Shown here: positions 30,630 to 41,671 of the stretch, piece after piece
Layout: each line of letters starts with the position of its first letter
Position numbering within the stretch: position 1 is the stretch's first letter
From: Gammaproteobacteria bacterium
Lineage (GTDB): Bacteria; Pseudomonadota; Gammaproteobacteria; Ga0077536
Assembly: GCA_009692265.1 (NCBI GenBank)
Contig: SHZM01000008.1
Span: 7,991-71,990 of the forward strand
Length of the DNA: 64,000 nucleotides
Direction of reading: 5' to 3'
Position numbers and translations under genes: made by a program
Notes under the pieces: model-generated
Databases searched by the model: none
The model's input: only the letters and a program-made list of their open reading frames with translations
Told to the model about the DNA's origin: nothing

Positions 30630-31859
30630 TTACGCCGCGGCGCGCTGTTGTTGGGCGACGCTTTTCGGCCACCAATGGTCTTCCCAATTCTCGTTGTCCC
30701 ACACATTGCGGAGGTGCGGCAACACGCCTTTGCTGATGCGATCGATGTTCTCCATTGTTTTTTCATGCGACAGCGATCCGAACTGCGGCAGGATCATCAG
30801 GTGACCTACGCGCAGGGTCTTGATGATATTCAGCAGGCGCTGGGTCACGGTCTTCGCGCTGCCGCACACGACATAGTCGCGGTCGTTGAACTGCGGAAAG
30901 TGCATGCCTTTTAATTCCGAGAACGGCGGGAACGGTCGCTTGGTGATGAGATGCGTGAGGCTGCTATGGGACATATGGCCGGGCGGTGCCAGCAACTGTT
31001 CCGGTAGATGTAAGCCCTTGTGATAAAAGTATTCGGAAGCGTGACCATATTCGGCTTCGGCTTTCTCATCAGTATCCGACACCCCGACCGGCACGAGAAA
31101 GCCTAAGCGATACGGGTTGCGATCGCGACCTAGTTCTTCGGCGCGCCGCCAATAGCCGTTTACCATGTGCTCGGCGCCCTTGGCTCCGAAGTAAGTCAGG
31201 AAGCAGTACGAGTAATCGTGTTTGAGCACGAAATCCCAGGTGCTCGGACTCGCATTGCCCGGCACCCAAATCGGTGGATGCGGAGTCTGCAGCGGCTTCG
31301 GCCAAATATTCACCATCGGCAGTTGATAATGCTTGCCGTTGAATGCAAACGGTTCTTTGGAGAGCCAGGCCTTTTTGATGAGGTCATGCGCTTCGTTGTA
31401 ACGACTACGTTGTTCCATTGGGGCCATGCCATAGCTGTACGAGAAATCGCCACCCAGGCCGACCGGGAAACCCGCGACCAAGCGGCCTTCCGAAATCATA
31501 TCGAGCATCGCATATTCTTCGGCGACGCGGATCGGTGGGTTCAGGAACACCGCGGTTTCGCCCATTTGAATGATTGCCGTGTCGGTGCCGCGCGTTGCGC
31601 GCGCGAGCACCGAGCCCATCATGTTCGGATTAACCATGAAGCCATACGCGTTTTGATGATGCTCGTTGGTACACACCCCATCGAAGCCGGATTTCGCGGC
31701 ATAGGTGAGTTCGTCCAGGGTCCAGTTGTAGTACTGCGAGACCTTGTGCCGATCAGCGATGCCGTCAAACGGCAGGGTGAACCACGCGGACTTGTGCTTC
31801 TTCTCGAAGTCGTCTGGTAAGTCGCGATAGGGCATCAAATGGAAGCAGGCGATCTTCAT
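30630..31859 (-). CDS. LLM-class flavin-dependent oxidoreductase
   Basis: Start chosen at MKIACFHLMPY (ATG 31859-31857); the ORF track extends to 31925. Luciferase-like TIM barrel. Confidence 0.8.
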   Translation of the reverse strand: MKIACFHLMPYRDLPDDFEKKHKSAWFTLPFDGIADRHKVSQYYNWTLDELTYAAKSGFDGVCTNEHHQNAYGFMVNPNMMGSVLARATRGTDTAIIQMGETAVFLNPPIRVAEEYAMLDMISEGRLVAGFPVGLGGDFSYSYGMAPMEQRSRYNEAHDLIKKAWLSKEPFAFNGKHYQLPMVNIWPKPLQTPHPPIWVPGNASPSTWDFVLKHDYSYCFLTYFGAKGAEHMVNGYWRRAEELGRDRNPYRLGFLVPVGVSDTDEKAEAEYGHASEYFYHKGLHLPEQLLAPPGHMSHSSLTHLITKRPFPPFSELKGMHFPQFNDRDYVVCGSAKTVTQRLLNIIKTLRVGHLMILPQFGSLSHEKTMENIDRISKGVLPHLRNVWDNENWEDHWWPKSVAQQQRAAA

Positions 31860-32009
31860 GGCGATAAACCCTTGTTGCCGGAAGCCGGCGTTAATTGCCA
31901 ATGTATTGGAAAGCGGAGTCTGCACTCAATCGGAATCGCCATACAAGCAATATTTAGCGCCGTCGCCTGTGCTAGGATTTCGTCACGCCATCAAGTTGAG
32001 GAGAGGATC

Positions 32010-34370
32010 ATGATCGCCACGGGAAAACTGGTCGGCGCACGGGTCAAACGCACGGAAGACCCGCGCTTGGTCACCGGCAACGGTAACTATGTCGGTGGTA
32101 TGAAGATGCCAGGGATGGTCGATATGGCAATTCTGCGCAGCCCGGAGGCACACGCGCGGATTCTCGGTATCGATGTAAGTGCCGCCCAGGCCTTGCCCGG
32201 TGTTCGTCTGGTGCTGACGGGAGAAGACCTTCGACGGCACGCTAAGCCGCAACGCGCCGGCCTCGATCGCGAGCGTAATCCCACCTGCAAGGAATGTGAC
32301 TGGTATGCGCTCGCATCAGACACGGTGCGGTATTGCGGAGAAGGCGTGGCCGCGGTCGTCGCGGACAATCGCTACATCGCTGAAGACGCCCTGGCGTTGA
32401 TTGAAGTTGACTACGAGCCACTCGCAGTGGTCATCGATCCCGTCGCGGCGATGCAGCCGGACGCGCCGCTGGTACACCCCGAGTGGGGCGACAACCTCAT
32501 GTGCTACAACGAATTCACGGCAGGCGATGTGGACGGCTCTTTCGCAGCTGCACACACCGTCGTTAAACAACGCTTTCGCACCGGCCGCAACCATGCCGTC
32601 CCGTTGGAGCCCCGTGCTTATCTTGCGCGCTTCGATGCCGTTACCGACGAACTCACGATGTGGGCGTCGACCCAGATGCCGCACCTGGTAAGAACTGAAC
32701 TAGCCGCGCATCTCAATCATCCCGAGAGCAAGATCCGCGTGATTGCCCCCGATGTAGGCGGCGGGTTTGGACTGAAGGGGCATTTCTATCAGGAAGAATT
32801 AATTACCGCGGTTGCCGCGATGCAACTCGGCCTGCCGGTGCGCTGGCTGGAAGATCGTCGCGAAGCGTTTACGGCGTCCTATCACGCGAAAGAGCAGATC
32901 ATTGACGGTGAGTTGGCGCTGGACCGCAACGGGAAATTACTCGCCGCGCGTTATCGCGCGATTTCCGATGTCGGTGCGTACAACGCGTATCCGTGGACCT
33001 CGGTACTGGAAATGTTGCACGGCGCCCAGATGTTCCCCGGCCCTTACCATCTCCAGCACTATGCGTTTTGGGCGACCGCGGTCGCGACGAATAAATCGAC
33101 GATCAGTGTCTATCGTGGGGTGGGTGCGCCGCTGTGCAATCTGGTGATGGAAGGCCTGCTCGATATGGCCGCAATCGAGCTCGGGCTCGACCCGCTGGAG
33201 ATCCGTCGCCGCAATTTAATTCGCAAGGATCAGTTCCCCTACGCCGCGATAAATGGTCTGGTATACGAAGAAGGGAGCTATCTGCAGAGTTTGGAAGACG
33301 CCGCGGCACGCTTTGATTACACCGGGTTTCGGCGCAGACAGGGCGAGTTGCGGACGCAGGGGGTTTATCGCGGAGTCGGGATCAGTTGCTACAACGAGGT
33401 GACCGGACCGGGATCTTCGTTCTGGCATCCGTTCGGGATCCAGATCTCGGGCTACGAGGCCTCAAACATCAAGATCGATCCATCAGGCCACGTGACCGTG
33501 TATGTCGGCACCCATTCGCATGGTCAGGCACACGAGACGATTTATGCGCAGATCGCGGCGGACGAACTCGGGATCCCGTTCGAGCGCATTACGGTGCGTC
33601 TGGGCGATACCGGCGATCTACCGTACGGGTGGGGAACGTGGGCGAGTCGCGCGGCGGTGATCGGGGGCGGGGCGGTGATTGGCGCTTCGCAGAAGCTGGT
33701 GACGAAAATAAAACGCATCGCTGGCCACCTGCTTGAAGCCGCGCCCGAGGATATAGTTCTGGCGGAAGGCGAAGCGCGGATCAAGGGAGTGCCGGGCGGT
33801 GGGATATCGATTGCGGAGCTCGCACGGAAATCGCTGTACTCGTCAGCCGGTGGGCTGCCGCCCGGCGAAGAGCCCGGGCTCGATGTCACGCATTATTTCG
33901 AGCCACCGCGCGTGACGGTGCCGAATGCAGTGCACATCGCGGAAGTCGAAGTGGACGTCGAGACAGGGCAGGTCGTAATCCTGCGGTATGTCGTGATTGA
34001 GGATTGCGGACGTATGATCAACCCGATGGTCGTCGACGGACAGATCACCGGCGGAGTGGCGCAGGGGTTGGGCGGGGCGATGTTCGAGCAGTTGCTTTAC
34101 GACGAACAGGGACAGCCGCTGACGACCTCGTTCATGGATTATTTGTTGCCTTCCGCGCCAGACGTGCCGTTCATTGAAATCGGTCACCTCGAAACGCCGT
34201 CGCCGCATGTGCCGGGTGGTTTCAAGGGGTGTGGTGAGGGTGGCGCGATCGCGCCGTTCGGGGCATTGGCTAACGCGGTCTCGGATGCGCTCGCGCCGTT
34301 CGGTGTGCGGGTCGCGGAACTGCCGATTACGCCAGACCGGGTGCGGGCACTAGTGATTGCTGGGGGGTAG
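32010..34370 (+). CDS. xanthine dehydrogenase family molybdopterin-binding subunit (CoxL/aldehyde oxidase large-subunit type)
   Basis: 786 aa. The N-terminal a/b-hammerhead begins MIATGKLVGARVKRTEDPRLVTG. GAGGAGAGG RBS before ATG 32010. The ORF track starts at 31839. Confidence 0.85.
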   Translation: MIATGKLVGARVKRTEDPRLVTGNGNYVGGMKMPGMVDMAILRSPEAHARILGIDVSAAQALPGVRLVLTGEDLRRHAKPQRAGLDRERNPTCKECDWYALASDTVRYCGEGVAAVVADNRYIAEDALALIEVDYEPLAVVIDPVAAMQPDAPLVHPEWGDNLMCYNEFTAGDVDGSFAAAHTVVKQRFRTGRNHAVPLEPRAYLARFDAVTDELTMWASTQMPHLVRTELAAHLNHPESKIRVIAPDVGGGFGLKGHFYQEELITAVAAMQLGLPVRWLEDRREAFTASYHAKEQIIDGELALDRNGKLLAARYRAISDVGAYNAYPWTSVLEMLHGAQMFPGPYHLQHYAFWATAVATNKSTISVYRGVGAPLCNLVMEGLLDMAAIELGLDPLEIRRRNLIRKDQFPYAAINGLVYEEGSYLQSLEDAAARFDYTGFRRRQGELRTQGVYRGVGISCYNEVTGPGSSFWHPFGIQISGYEASNIKIDPSGHVTVYVGTHSHGQAHETIYAQIAADELGIPFERITVRLGDTGDLPYGWGTWASRAAVIGGGAVIGASQKLVTKIKRIAGHLLEAAPEDIVLAEGEARIKGVPGGGISIAELARKSLYSSAGGLPPGEEPGLDVTHYFEPPRVTVPNAVHIAEVEVDVETGQVVILRYVVIEDCGRMINPMVVDGQITGGVAQGLGGAMFEQLLYDEQGQPLTTSFMDYLLPSAPDVPFIEIGHLETPSPHVPGGFKGCGEGGAIAPFGALANAVSDALAPFGVRVAELPITPDRVRALVIAGG

Positions 34371-34529
34371 AGTAAAAACCGAAGTCCGCGGCGCGAAATC
34401 TGGCAGTGTGGGGAGTGGGGGGAGCCAGATTATGTTAGGAGGGGGCCTAGTCGCCGCGGACCTCGATGATTGAAGGATAGTCCCTGAAATGTGTTCCTGC
34501 TGTGACAGAATTCAACAAATCTCAACAGG

Positions 34530-34575
34530 AAGGTAACGAATTGCATCTTTAAAGCCCGAATAAATTCGTTACCTT
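34530..34575 (-). terminator. candidate intrinsic terminator hairpin (13-bp perfect stem AAGGTAACGAATT, 20-nt loop) downstream of the minus-strand LLM gene
   Basis: Inverted repeat seen directly. It sits 11 nt after the stop of gene 34586-35680. Confidence 0.4.
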
Positions 34576-34585
34576 CGGATTGCGC

Positions 34586-35680
34586 CTACGCCGCCATCGT
34601 GGTCGCGATATTCCAGCTCTTGAGTTCCGGCATTACTTCCTTGGCGAACAGTTTCATCGTGCGCTCTACCATGTCGTAGGGCGCGCCCGCGAAACGTACC
34701 GCGAACAGCCCATCGTAGTCGCCGACGATTTTGCGGCGAGCTTCGATTTTTTCGAGAATTTGCTGCGGGGTACCCCAGGTTTGGCTGGCGAGGTAGCCAT
34801 CGGCCACCGCTTCCATTCCGATTGTCTGCATGACTTTGGCGTTCTCGCCATATTCTTCATAACCCTTCGCCTGGGCGAAATGATTGCCCATCATCTCGTA
34901 GTGATGCATCAAACTTAAGAGATACCGGCGGATGTGCCTGTCCGCGTTCTCCGCGACCCGATCGGCGTTGCTATCGCACACCAGGAAATCGACAAAGAAC
35001 GGGATCGGCGGCGCGGTCTTGTGGAGTTTGCGGTAGCTGGCCGCGTAGCTGTCGACTTCCTGCTTATGTATTTCGATTGGTTTGTACGCGAACTGCATCA
35101 TCTTGACGCCGTGCTTCGCCGCTTCAAACACCGAATCGCCCGACATCGCGACCTGGGTAGTGCGGCCTTTAAAGGTCTTCGTTGGACGCGGGCGGATCAT
35201 CGCGCGCGGTTGCTTGAAGTACTCGCCTTCATGCGCGTCCATCACGCCGGCTTCGAGCGCGTTTAGAATCATCGGTACAGCCTCATCGAAGCGCCCGCGC
35301 GATTCCTCCATCGAGATCCCCATTTGTGCATATTCACGACGCGAGAGGCCACGGCCGAGGCCGAGGATCAGGCGACCACCGCAGAGTTGATCAAGGAGCG
35401 CCGCTTTCTCGGCCACCCGCAACGGCTGAATATTCCAGGGCACGATCACGGCGCCCGTCATGAGTTTTATGCGGCGAGTTTTGGCGGCGATATGCGCAAG
35501 GTAGACAAAATTATCGGGACACAGCGCGTAGTCTTCAAAATGGTGCTCGACCATCGAGAGCAAGTCGTACCCTAGTTCATCGGCCAGCACCGCGCCGCGG
35601 ATCTCCTCGTCGTAGACCTGGGTGTCGGTGATGTTGTCGTAGCCAAAACTCTGGGCAATTTGGACGATTCCGAGCTGCAT
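34586..35680 (-). CDS. LLM-class flavin-dependent oxidoreductase
   Basis: 364-aa luciferase-like monooxygenase family protein. Confidence 0.85.
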   Translation of the reverse strand: MQLGIVQIAQSFGYDNITDTQVYDEEIRGAVLADELGYDLLSMVEHHFEDYALCPDNFVYLAHIAAKTRRIKLMTGAVIVPWNIQPLRVAEKAALLDQLCGGRLILGLGRGLSRREYAQMGISMEESRGRFDEAVPMILNALEAGVMDAHEGEYFKQPRAMIRPRPTKTFKGRTTQVAMSGDSVFEAAKHGVKMMQFAYKPIEIHKQEVDSYAASYRKLHKTAPPIPFFVDFLVCDSNADRVAENADRHIRRYLLSLMHHYEMMGNHFAQAKGYEEYGENAKVMQTIGMEAVADGYLASQTWGTPQQILEKIEARRKIVGDYDGLFAVRFAGAPYDMVERTMKLFAKEVMPELKSWNIATTMAA

Positions 35681-35772
35681 AAGATTGCTCCTGGGGTAGC
35701 GATGGTTATTGGGCTGGCGGTGCCGCTGACGGTGCGAGCAAGGTCAAGCATAACCCGAGAGTGCCCCGGCTG

Positions 35773-36261
35773 CTATGTCAGGGGCGGCAATAAGGCCGCG
35801 ATGTCCTGCTCGATTTTTTCGGGGGTATCCACGCTGCCATAACGCTTAGTGACATGGCCGTTCGCATCGATCAGGAATTTAGTGAAATTCCACTTGATCG
35901 CCTCGGATCCTAAGACGCCGGGTGCCGCTGCTTTTAAATGCTGGTACAGCGGGTGGGCGTCGACACCATTGACGGCGATTTTCGCGAACAGCGGGAAACT
36001 GATCTCGTACTGGTCCAAGCAGAATTGTTTGATTGCGGCCGCGTCGCCGGGTTCTTGGCGTCCGAATTGATTGCACGGGAAGCCGAGCACCACGAGCCCG
36101 CGATCCTTGAACGTGCGCCACAATGCTTCCAGGCCCTGGTACTGCGGCGTAAACCCGCACTGACTCGCGACATTGACGATAAGCAGGGTCTTACCGCGAT
36201 AGGCGTCGAAGGATTGGACCGCGCCGTCGAGTGTCGTGGCCGAGAGATCGTAGATACTCAT
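35773..36261 (-). CDS. glutathione peroxidase (Cys-type)
   Basis: NVASQCGFTPQ active site and the WNFTKFL motif. Confidence 0.9.
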   Translation of the reverse strand: MSIYDLSATTLDGAVQSFDAYRGKTLLIVNVASQCGFTPQYQGLEALWRTFKDRGLVVLGFPCNQFGRQEPGDAAAIKQFCLDQYEISFPLFAKIAVNGVDAHPLYQHLKAAAPGVLGSEAIKWNFTKFLIDANGHVTKRYGSVDTPEKIEQDIAALLPPLT

Positions 36262-36269
36262 CGTGTGTC

Positions 36270-37481
36270 TTAGGTGCGAACTGCTTGTACGCTGAGGCGG
36301 AGACCATCGATCATCCGATCGATTTCCGCCGTGCCTAAATTAAGCGCCGGCATGAAGCGCAATACCGCTGGGCGGGGTGAATTCAACAACAGCCCGATTC
36401 CGGCCCACCCAGCCTGGCTGCTGAGTTCGTCGCGGGAATAGGACACGATTCTCGCACCAATGTCGGCGTTAAGTTCGAGCGCGCGTAACAGGCCGACGCC
36501 GCGCTCCTCACCAAGCTTGAGTTCCATGGCAAGCGCTGTGAGTTGTCCCGAGAGATAATTTCCCATCTCGCAGACATGCGGCAAGAAGCCGGGTTTCAAC
36601 ATTTCCTCTAACACCGCCACTCCCACCGCAGCCATCAACGGATTTCCGTTGTAGGTGCCGCCTTGATCGCCATGCTCGAACACACACACGTGACGTTTCG
36701 CGAGCAGGGCGGCGAGCGGCACGCCGCCGCCGATGCCTTTGCCGAGACTCATGATGTCCGGCTCGATCCCGTAATGTTGGTAGCCGAACAGTGTTCCCAA
36801 TCGGCCCATCCCTGTTTGGACTTCATCGCAGATCAGCAACAATTGATGTTGATCGGCGAGTTCGCGCAGGCCGCGCATGAATTCGTGAGTGGCACAATTC
36901 ACACCACCTTCGCCTTGCACGGGTTCGAGCATGATGCCGACGGTTTTATCGGTGATTAACGCCGAGACCGAAGCAAGATCGTTCATCTCGGCTTTTGGAA
37001 ATCCCGGAACCTGCGGTGCGAACATCGTGTCCCAGCCGGGTTTACCGGAAGCCGACATTGTCGCCAGGGTCCGGCCGTGAAAACTGTGATCGAAGGTGAT
37101 GATCTCGAAAGCGCCGCGTCGGTGCTTTTTACCCCATTTGCGCGCGAGCTTTATCACCCCCTCGTTAGCTTCGGCACCGGTATTGCAGAAGAACACCTGA
37201 TCAAAACATGAGTGCCGGGTGAGCAGATCCGCCAGCTTTAACGCGGGTTCGTTGTAAAACGCGGGGCTCGGTGTGATCAACAGTGGGGCCTGTGCAGCTA
37301 AGGCCTCGACAATGCAGGGCGGCGAATGGCCGAGCGCATTCACGGCCCAGCCCTGGACGAAGTCGAGATAGCGCTTGCCTTGATGATCAGTGAGCCAGGA
37401 GCCCGCGCCTTTGACAAACACGAGTTCGGGGCGGGCAGTGATCTCCATCAGCGCCTGGAGTGAGTAATCCTTCAGATTCAT
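36270..37481 (-). CDS. class III PLP-dependent aminotransferase (acetylornithine/succinylornithine aminotransferase-like)
   Basis: 403 aa with PLP-lysine region (LGKGIGGG) and class III family signature sequence. Confidence 0.8.
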   Translation of the reverse strand: MNLKDYSLQALMEITARPELVFVKGAGSWLTDHQGKRYLDFVQGWAVNALGHSPPCIVEALAAQAPLLITPSPAFYNEPALKLADLLTRHSCFDQVFFCNTGAEANEGVIKLARKWGKKHRRGAFEIITFDHSFHGRTLATMSASGKPGWDTMFAPQVPGFPKAEMNDLASVSALITDKTVGIMLEPVQGEGGVNCATHEFMRGLRELADQHQLLLICDEVQTGMGRLGTLFGYQHYGIEPDIMSLGKGIGGGVPLAALLAKRHVCVFEHGDQGGTYNGNPLMAAVGVAVLEEMLKPGFLPHVCEMGNYLSGQLTALAMELKLGEERGVGLLRALELNADIGARIVSYSRDELSSQAGWAGIGLLLNSPRPAVLRFMPALNLGTAEIDRMIDGLRLSVQAVRT

Positions 37482-37649
37482 GCGTCGGTTCTCTTCGGGT
37501 CAACGGTAAGGGGAGGGCTGGCATTGAACACTATGCGCGGCTCCGCGCCAATCACCCACTAGCATATTTGCGACTGGGCGTTTCCGGCGCGGCGGATTAT
37601 TCTCAGCGATCAGGTACCCTAGCCCTCGCACCAATTCCATGAAAGGCTA

Positions 37650-39209
37650 ATGACTCCTATGTACGCAGGCACCTTCGCGCAAGAGCGCGCCGATAAACCG
37701 TGTTTCATCATGGCCAATTCTGGAGAAGTGGTCACCTACGGCGAGTACGAGCAGCGGACTAACCAGTTTGCGCATCTGCTGCGCAAACACGGCTTGCAGC
37801 GGCTCGATCATTACGCCATTTACATGGAAAACAACGCGCGCTACCTCGAGGTGTGCGGTGGCGGTGATCGCGCGGGGTTGTACTACACCTGCGTTAATTC
37901 ATACCTGACGGCCGAGGAGACGGCGTTCATCATTAACGACAGTCAGTCGGAGTTGGTCGTAACTTCGCGCGCACGGCGGGAGGTGATCATCGAGGCGATG
38001 AAACTCTGCCCGCGGGTCAAGCTCTGGCTGATGGTTGATCGCGCGCCCGACGATTCAGTATTCGTGGATTACACGAGCGCGCTAGAAGCGTACCCAGCAA
38101 CGCCGATCCCGGATGAAGCCCTGGGCGTTGCGATGTTGTACTCATCGGGCACGACTGGGCGACCGAAGGGGATCCTGCGTCCACTGCCCGCAGTGCCACC
38201 GTCCACGTGGTTACCGCTATTCCATTTCGTGAACACCCTGTGGAAGTACCACGGTGAGATGATCTACCTCTCGCCAGCGCCGCTGTATCACTCGGCACCG
38301 CAGGCGGCGGTGGGCTTGACAATTCGCAACGGTGGTACCGCGGTGATCATGGAAAAATTCGATCCCGAGCAGTACCTCGCGCTAATCGCCAAGTACAAGA
38401 TCACCCACACGCAATTAGTCCCCACGATGTTCAGCCGCATGTTGAAACTGCCGCCAGACGTGCGCGCGCTGCACGATGTGTCTTCGTTGGAGTACGTGGT
38501 GCACGCGGCGGCACCGTGCCCGGTACCGGTGAAGCAGGACATGATTGAATGGTGGGGCCCGATCGTCCACGAGTACTACGGTGCGACCGAAGGTTTAGGC
38601 TTTACGGCCTGTGACTCGGCCGAGTGGTTGGCGCACCCCGGTACCGTTGGGCGGGTGCTGCTCGGCGAATTGCATATTCTTGATGAGGAGGGGAAGACCT
38701 GCCCAGTGGGTGAACCCGGCACCGTCTGGTTCAAGACCGCGACGCCATTCGAGTACTACAACGATCCACAGAAAACCCAGGAAGCGCGTTCCGCTGACGG
38801 CTCGATGAGCACAGTCGGCGATGTTGGGTATGTCGACGCCGACGGGTTTCTGTACCTCACTGATCGCAAGACCTACATGATCATTTCCGGAGGGGTAAAT
38901 ATCTATCCGCAGGAATGCGAAAACCTGTTGATCACCCACCCGCAAGTCGCCGATGCCGCAGTCTTCGGCGTGCCGAATGAAGACCTCGGTGAAGAAGTGA
39001 AAGCCGTGGTGCAATTGATGCCGGGCATCGCCACAAGCCCGGCGCTCGAAGCCGAACTCATCGCGTTTTGCCAACACCATCTCGCCCGTCAGAAATGTCC
39101 GCGTTCGATCGATTTCGAAGCTGAACTACCGCGCCTACCGACCGGCAAACTCTACAAACGCGTACTGCGCGACCGCTACTGGGGCGATAAGAAGAGTCGA
39201 ATCGTCTAA
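37650..39209 (+). CDS. AMP-dependent synthetase/ligase (acyl-CoA synthetase)
   Basis: AMP-binding motif LYSSGTTGRPKG. 519 aa. Confidence 0.85.
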   Translation: MTPMYAGTFAQERADKPCFIMANSGEVVTYGEYEQRTNQFAHLLRKHGLQRLDHYAIYMENNARYLEVCGGGDRAGLYYTCVNSYLTAEETAFIINDSQSELVVTSRARREVIIEAMKLCPRVKLWLMVDRAPDDSVFVDYTSALEAYPATPIPDEALGVAMLYSSGTTGRPKGILRPLPAVPPSTWLPLFHFVNTLWKYHGEMIYLSPAPLYHSAPQAAVGLTIRNGGTAVIMEKFDPEQYLALIAKYKITHTQLVPTMFSRMLKLPPDVRALHDVSSLEYVVHAAAPCPVPVKQDMIEWWGPIVHEYYGATEGLGFTACDSAEWLAHPGTVGRVLLGELHILDEEGKTCPVGEPGTVWFKTATPFEYYNDPQKTQEARSADGSMSTVGDVGYVDADGFLYLTDRKTYMIISGGVNIYPQECENLLITHPQVADAAVFGVPNEDLGEEVKAVVQLMPGIATSPALEAELIAFCQHHLARQKCPRSIDFEAELPRLPTGKLYKRVLRDRYWGDKKSRIV

Positions 39210-39343
39210 CCACGGTTTCGGACGATGCTCGGGGTATCGGGTCAATCGCTCTGACGGGCACTAACCTGGCGCACGACAATGCCGGTAATAAGTCACGGAA
39301 CGCGGTAGAGGACCTTTGCAGAAGCGTGTAGGCTGCCTCGGAC

Positions 39344-39763
39344 GTGTTTTTCAGCAACTCTGCGGATACGGCGATGGTGACTCGGCGACGCCAATTTCTT
39401 CAACGAGCTGCGAGTTGCGCGACCTTGCTACTCACGGCACCGGGCACATTGTTATGGAGCGCGCCGGCCGATGCCCGCACGCGTCTGTTGGCGAAGGGGT
39501 TAAACTTCTCCGATCTCTCCAAGCTCATCGGTACCAGCTTCTTTCTTTTCGATCCCACGACTCGCAGTGCCGGCAAGGTAAAACTGGTCGCCGCCGTCGA
39601 TCTGAACTCGAATGCCGATATTGAGCAATTTCAATTACGCTTTCTGGGCGTCGTCGGACTCAAACTCCGAGTGGTCTCTATGACGTTCAGAACTGGCGTG
39701 GACTGCCGCGTTTCCAACTCTATGTTGAACCCGGCCAAATCAATCGGCGCGGGCAACAGTTGA
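39344..39763 (+). CDS. hypothetical protein with Tat-type signal (TRRRQFLQRAAS)
   Basis: Twin-arginine motif followed by a hydrophobic stretch. No recognised domain. Confidence 0.4.
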   Translation: MFFSNSADTAMVTRRRQFLQRAASCATLLLTAPGTLLWSAPADARTRLLAKGLNFSDLSKLIGTSFFLFDPTTRSAGKVKLVAAVDLNSNADIEQFQLRFLGVVGLKLRVVSMTFRTGVDCRVSNSMLNPAKSIGAGNS

Positions 39764-39773
39764 TCTCCGCGGT

Positions 39774-41140
39774 GTGTGCGCTGCTGCGGCCAGCTGCGGC
39801 AGCGCGGAGTGCAGCCGCGTGAGTGGGACCACCCAAATAAAATGCTTGCGGACCTTGTTCGCGTTGCTGGTCGCGTGGTCGACTCCCGCGCTGGCTGAGG
39901 ATATTTTGAAGATTGGCACGTGGAATATCGGCCCCGGAAATGGCACGCAGGATGTCGAGCTCACTGTGGGAGGCAAGTTCGTGCTCAGAGCTCACTACGA
40001 GACTGCCGGTCCAATAAGCTCACGAGTCCTCGGCGGCCTCACGGTATTCGAACAATCTCTGCAACTCGCGGGGAATGGGCTTCAGCTTTACGTGCCGATG
40101 CAAAGCTTCGGTTCATCGTTCGTCTATACCCAAAATGAGTCCCAGCATTTCGCGCTGCCTGGTGTCCCTGTGCCGACAATTCAGTTTTTATCGAACACTC
40201 TGACCCCAGCGAGTTTTCTCGGCGTCGATTTCGAGGGGGTGTTTGATACGAGTGCGACGGCGACGACGAATGGCAGCACTAATTTCATTGAAATCTACAG
40301 CGAGAGCGCCTCGCTTGGGGGCCCGGTATTACCCAAGTCGCGCAAATTATGCGCTGCGAAGATGGTGTGGGCTGCAATAGCATCGAGCCCGTGATGCGGG
40401 CGCTGAATAATCTTGGCGATGCCACCGCGCTGAGCTTGAATCCTGGATCGTCGATCGTCTTTAGCGCCGCGGCGTTGACTGCTACGACCACCGCGAGCGG
40501 TGCCGGCAACAACCTCGGTGCCGGACGCAACGATGGGCAGGATTTTTTGAGTGCGCAATGGCGACGGAACGGCGCGTTGCTCAACGGCAGTGTGCACGCA
40601 GATGGATTCAATCTGAGTGTCGCGTTGGTGGACGCCGGCTTAACCCGCACTACCGACTCCACGCAATGGCAGGTCACTTTACTCGAAGAGATGACCGAAC
40701 TTGCCGCGACCGGGACACTCAACGTGAGTTTTCAAAACACGCTACCACAACTCACTGCGGCTGCCACCGCAGGCGACCCACTAGGTGTTACTTTCACTAT
40801 GGCCACCACGGATCTAGATTTGGAGCTGAATAACCTGATTCCAGGGTTCGAATCGCTGACGAGCGCCATCACGGTCGATGGCAATGATCACACCGCGTTC
40901 TTTTTCGACTTGATTGCGCTGGGAGCGCAATTTGCGAGTCACGGGCAGTTGGCACAACGCTTTGGCGAGGGCACGCATACGCTAGGAATTTTAGTGAACG
41001 ATTGGAGTAACGCCGCCGCGACGGTCAATCTGCAGTTCGAAGTTCAGCCTGTACCGATTCCCGGTGCCTTAGTGCTCTTCGGCTTCGGCCTGGCCGGAAT
41101 CGCCGCACAGTGCCGGACCTTCTCGCGAGGTACCCGCTAA
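39774..41140 (+). CDS. large secreted PEP-CTERM-anchored protein, apparently frameshifted (two overlapping ORFs, 39774-40394 and 40349-41140)
   Basis: The N-terminal ORF carries a Sec signal peptide (LFALLVAWSTPALA). The C-terminal ORF lacks one but ends in a PEP-CTERM-like sorting signal (VPIPGALVLFGFGLAGIAA…R). The frames switch near the GGGGGCCCGG run at about 40316-40325. Confidence 0.5.
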
Positions 41141-41652
41141 TGGCCGAACCGTTCCTAGCAGAGATCCGGCTGTTCTCCTTTCAATTTCCGCCGAGGGGCT
41201 GGGCGTTGTGTAACGGACAGTTGCTCCCCATCAACCAGAATCAGGCACTGTTTTCGCTGTTGGGTACTAATTTTGGCGGCGACGGGCGGGTAAATTTTGC
41301 GCTACCGAACTTGCAAAGCCGCGCACCGCTGCATGCGGGCCCTAATTTCGTGCTGGGTCAAAGCAGGGGCGAGGCGGGAGTTACTTTGAACCTCGCGGCG
41401 ATCCCCAATCACTCGCACCTGCCGTTCGGCAGCAGCGGGGCAGCAATCTCAAACAGTGCGGCTGCGGCGCCGCTCGCCATCCCAGGGGGGCGACGCCCGA
41501 TTATTTCTTATGGAAATCCAACGGCGTTTACCCCGTTGAGTAGTACTGCGCTGAGTAGTGTCGGTGGTGGTCAAGCGCATCCCAATACGCAACCCTATCT
41601 GACCCTGAATTTCTGCATTGCCCTCCAGGGAATTTATCCGTCACCTAATTAA
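41140..41652 (+). CDS. phage tail-collar domain protein (COG4675 / MdpB-like), paralog 1
   Basis: LAEIRLFSFQFPPRGWALCNGQLLPINQNQALFSLLGTNFGGDG…ALPNLQSRAP. ATG overlaps the upstream stop (TAATG). Confidence 0.75.
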   Translation: MAEPFLAEIRLFSFQFPPRGWALCNGQLLPINQNQALFSLLGTNFGGDGRVNFALPNLQSRAPLHAGPNFVLGQSRGEAGVTLNLAAIPNHSHLPFGSSGAAISNSAAAAPLAIPGGRRPIISYGNPTAFTPLSSTALSSVGGGQAHPNTQPYLTLNFCIALQGIYPSPN

Positions 41653-41671
41653 TGGCTCGCCGGAGTTAACG

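Noticed and set aside
39774-41140. Treating 39774-40394 and 40349-41140 as two independent genes
   Set aside because: The downstream ORF has a PEP-CTERM sorting signal but no signal peptide, while the upstream ORF has a signal peptide and no anchor. Both frames look coding across a GGGGGCCCGG run. A single frameshifted gene is the more economical reading.
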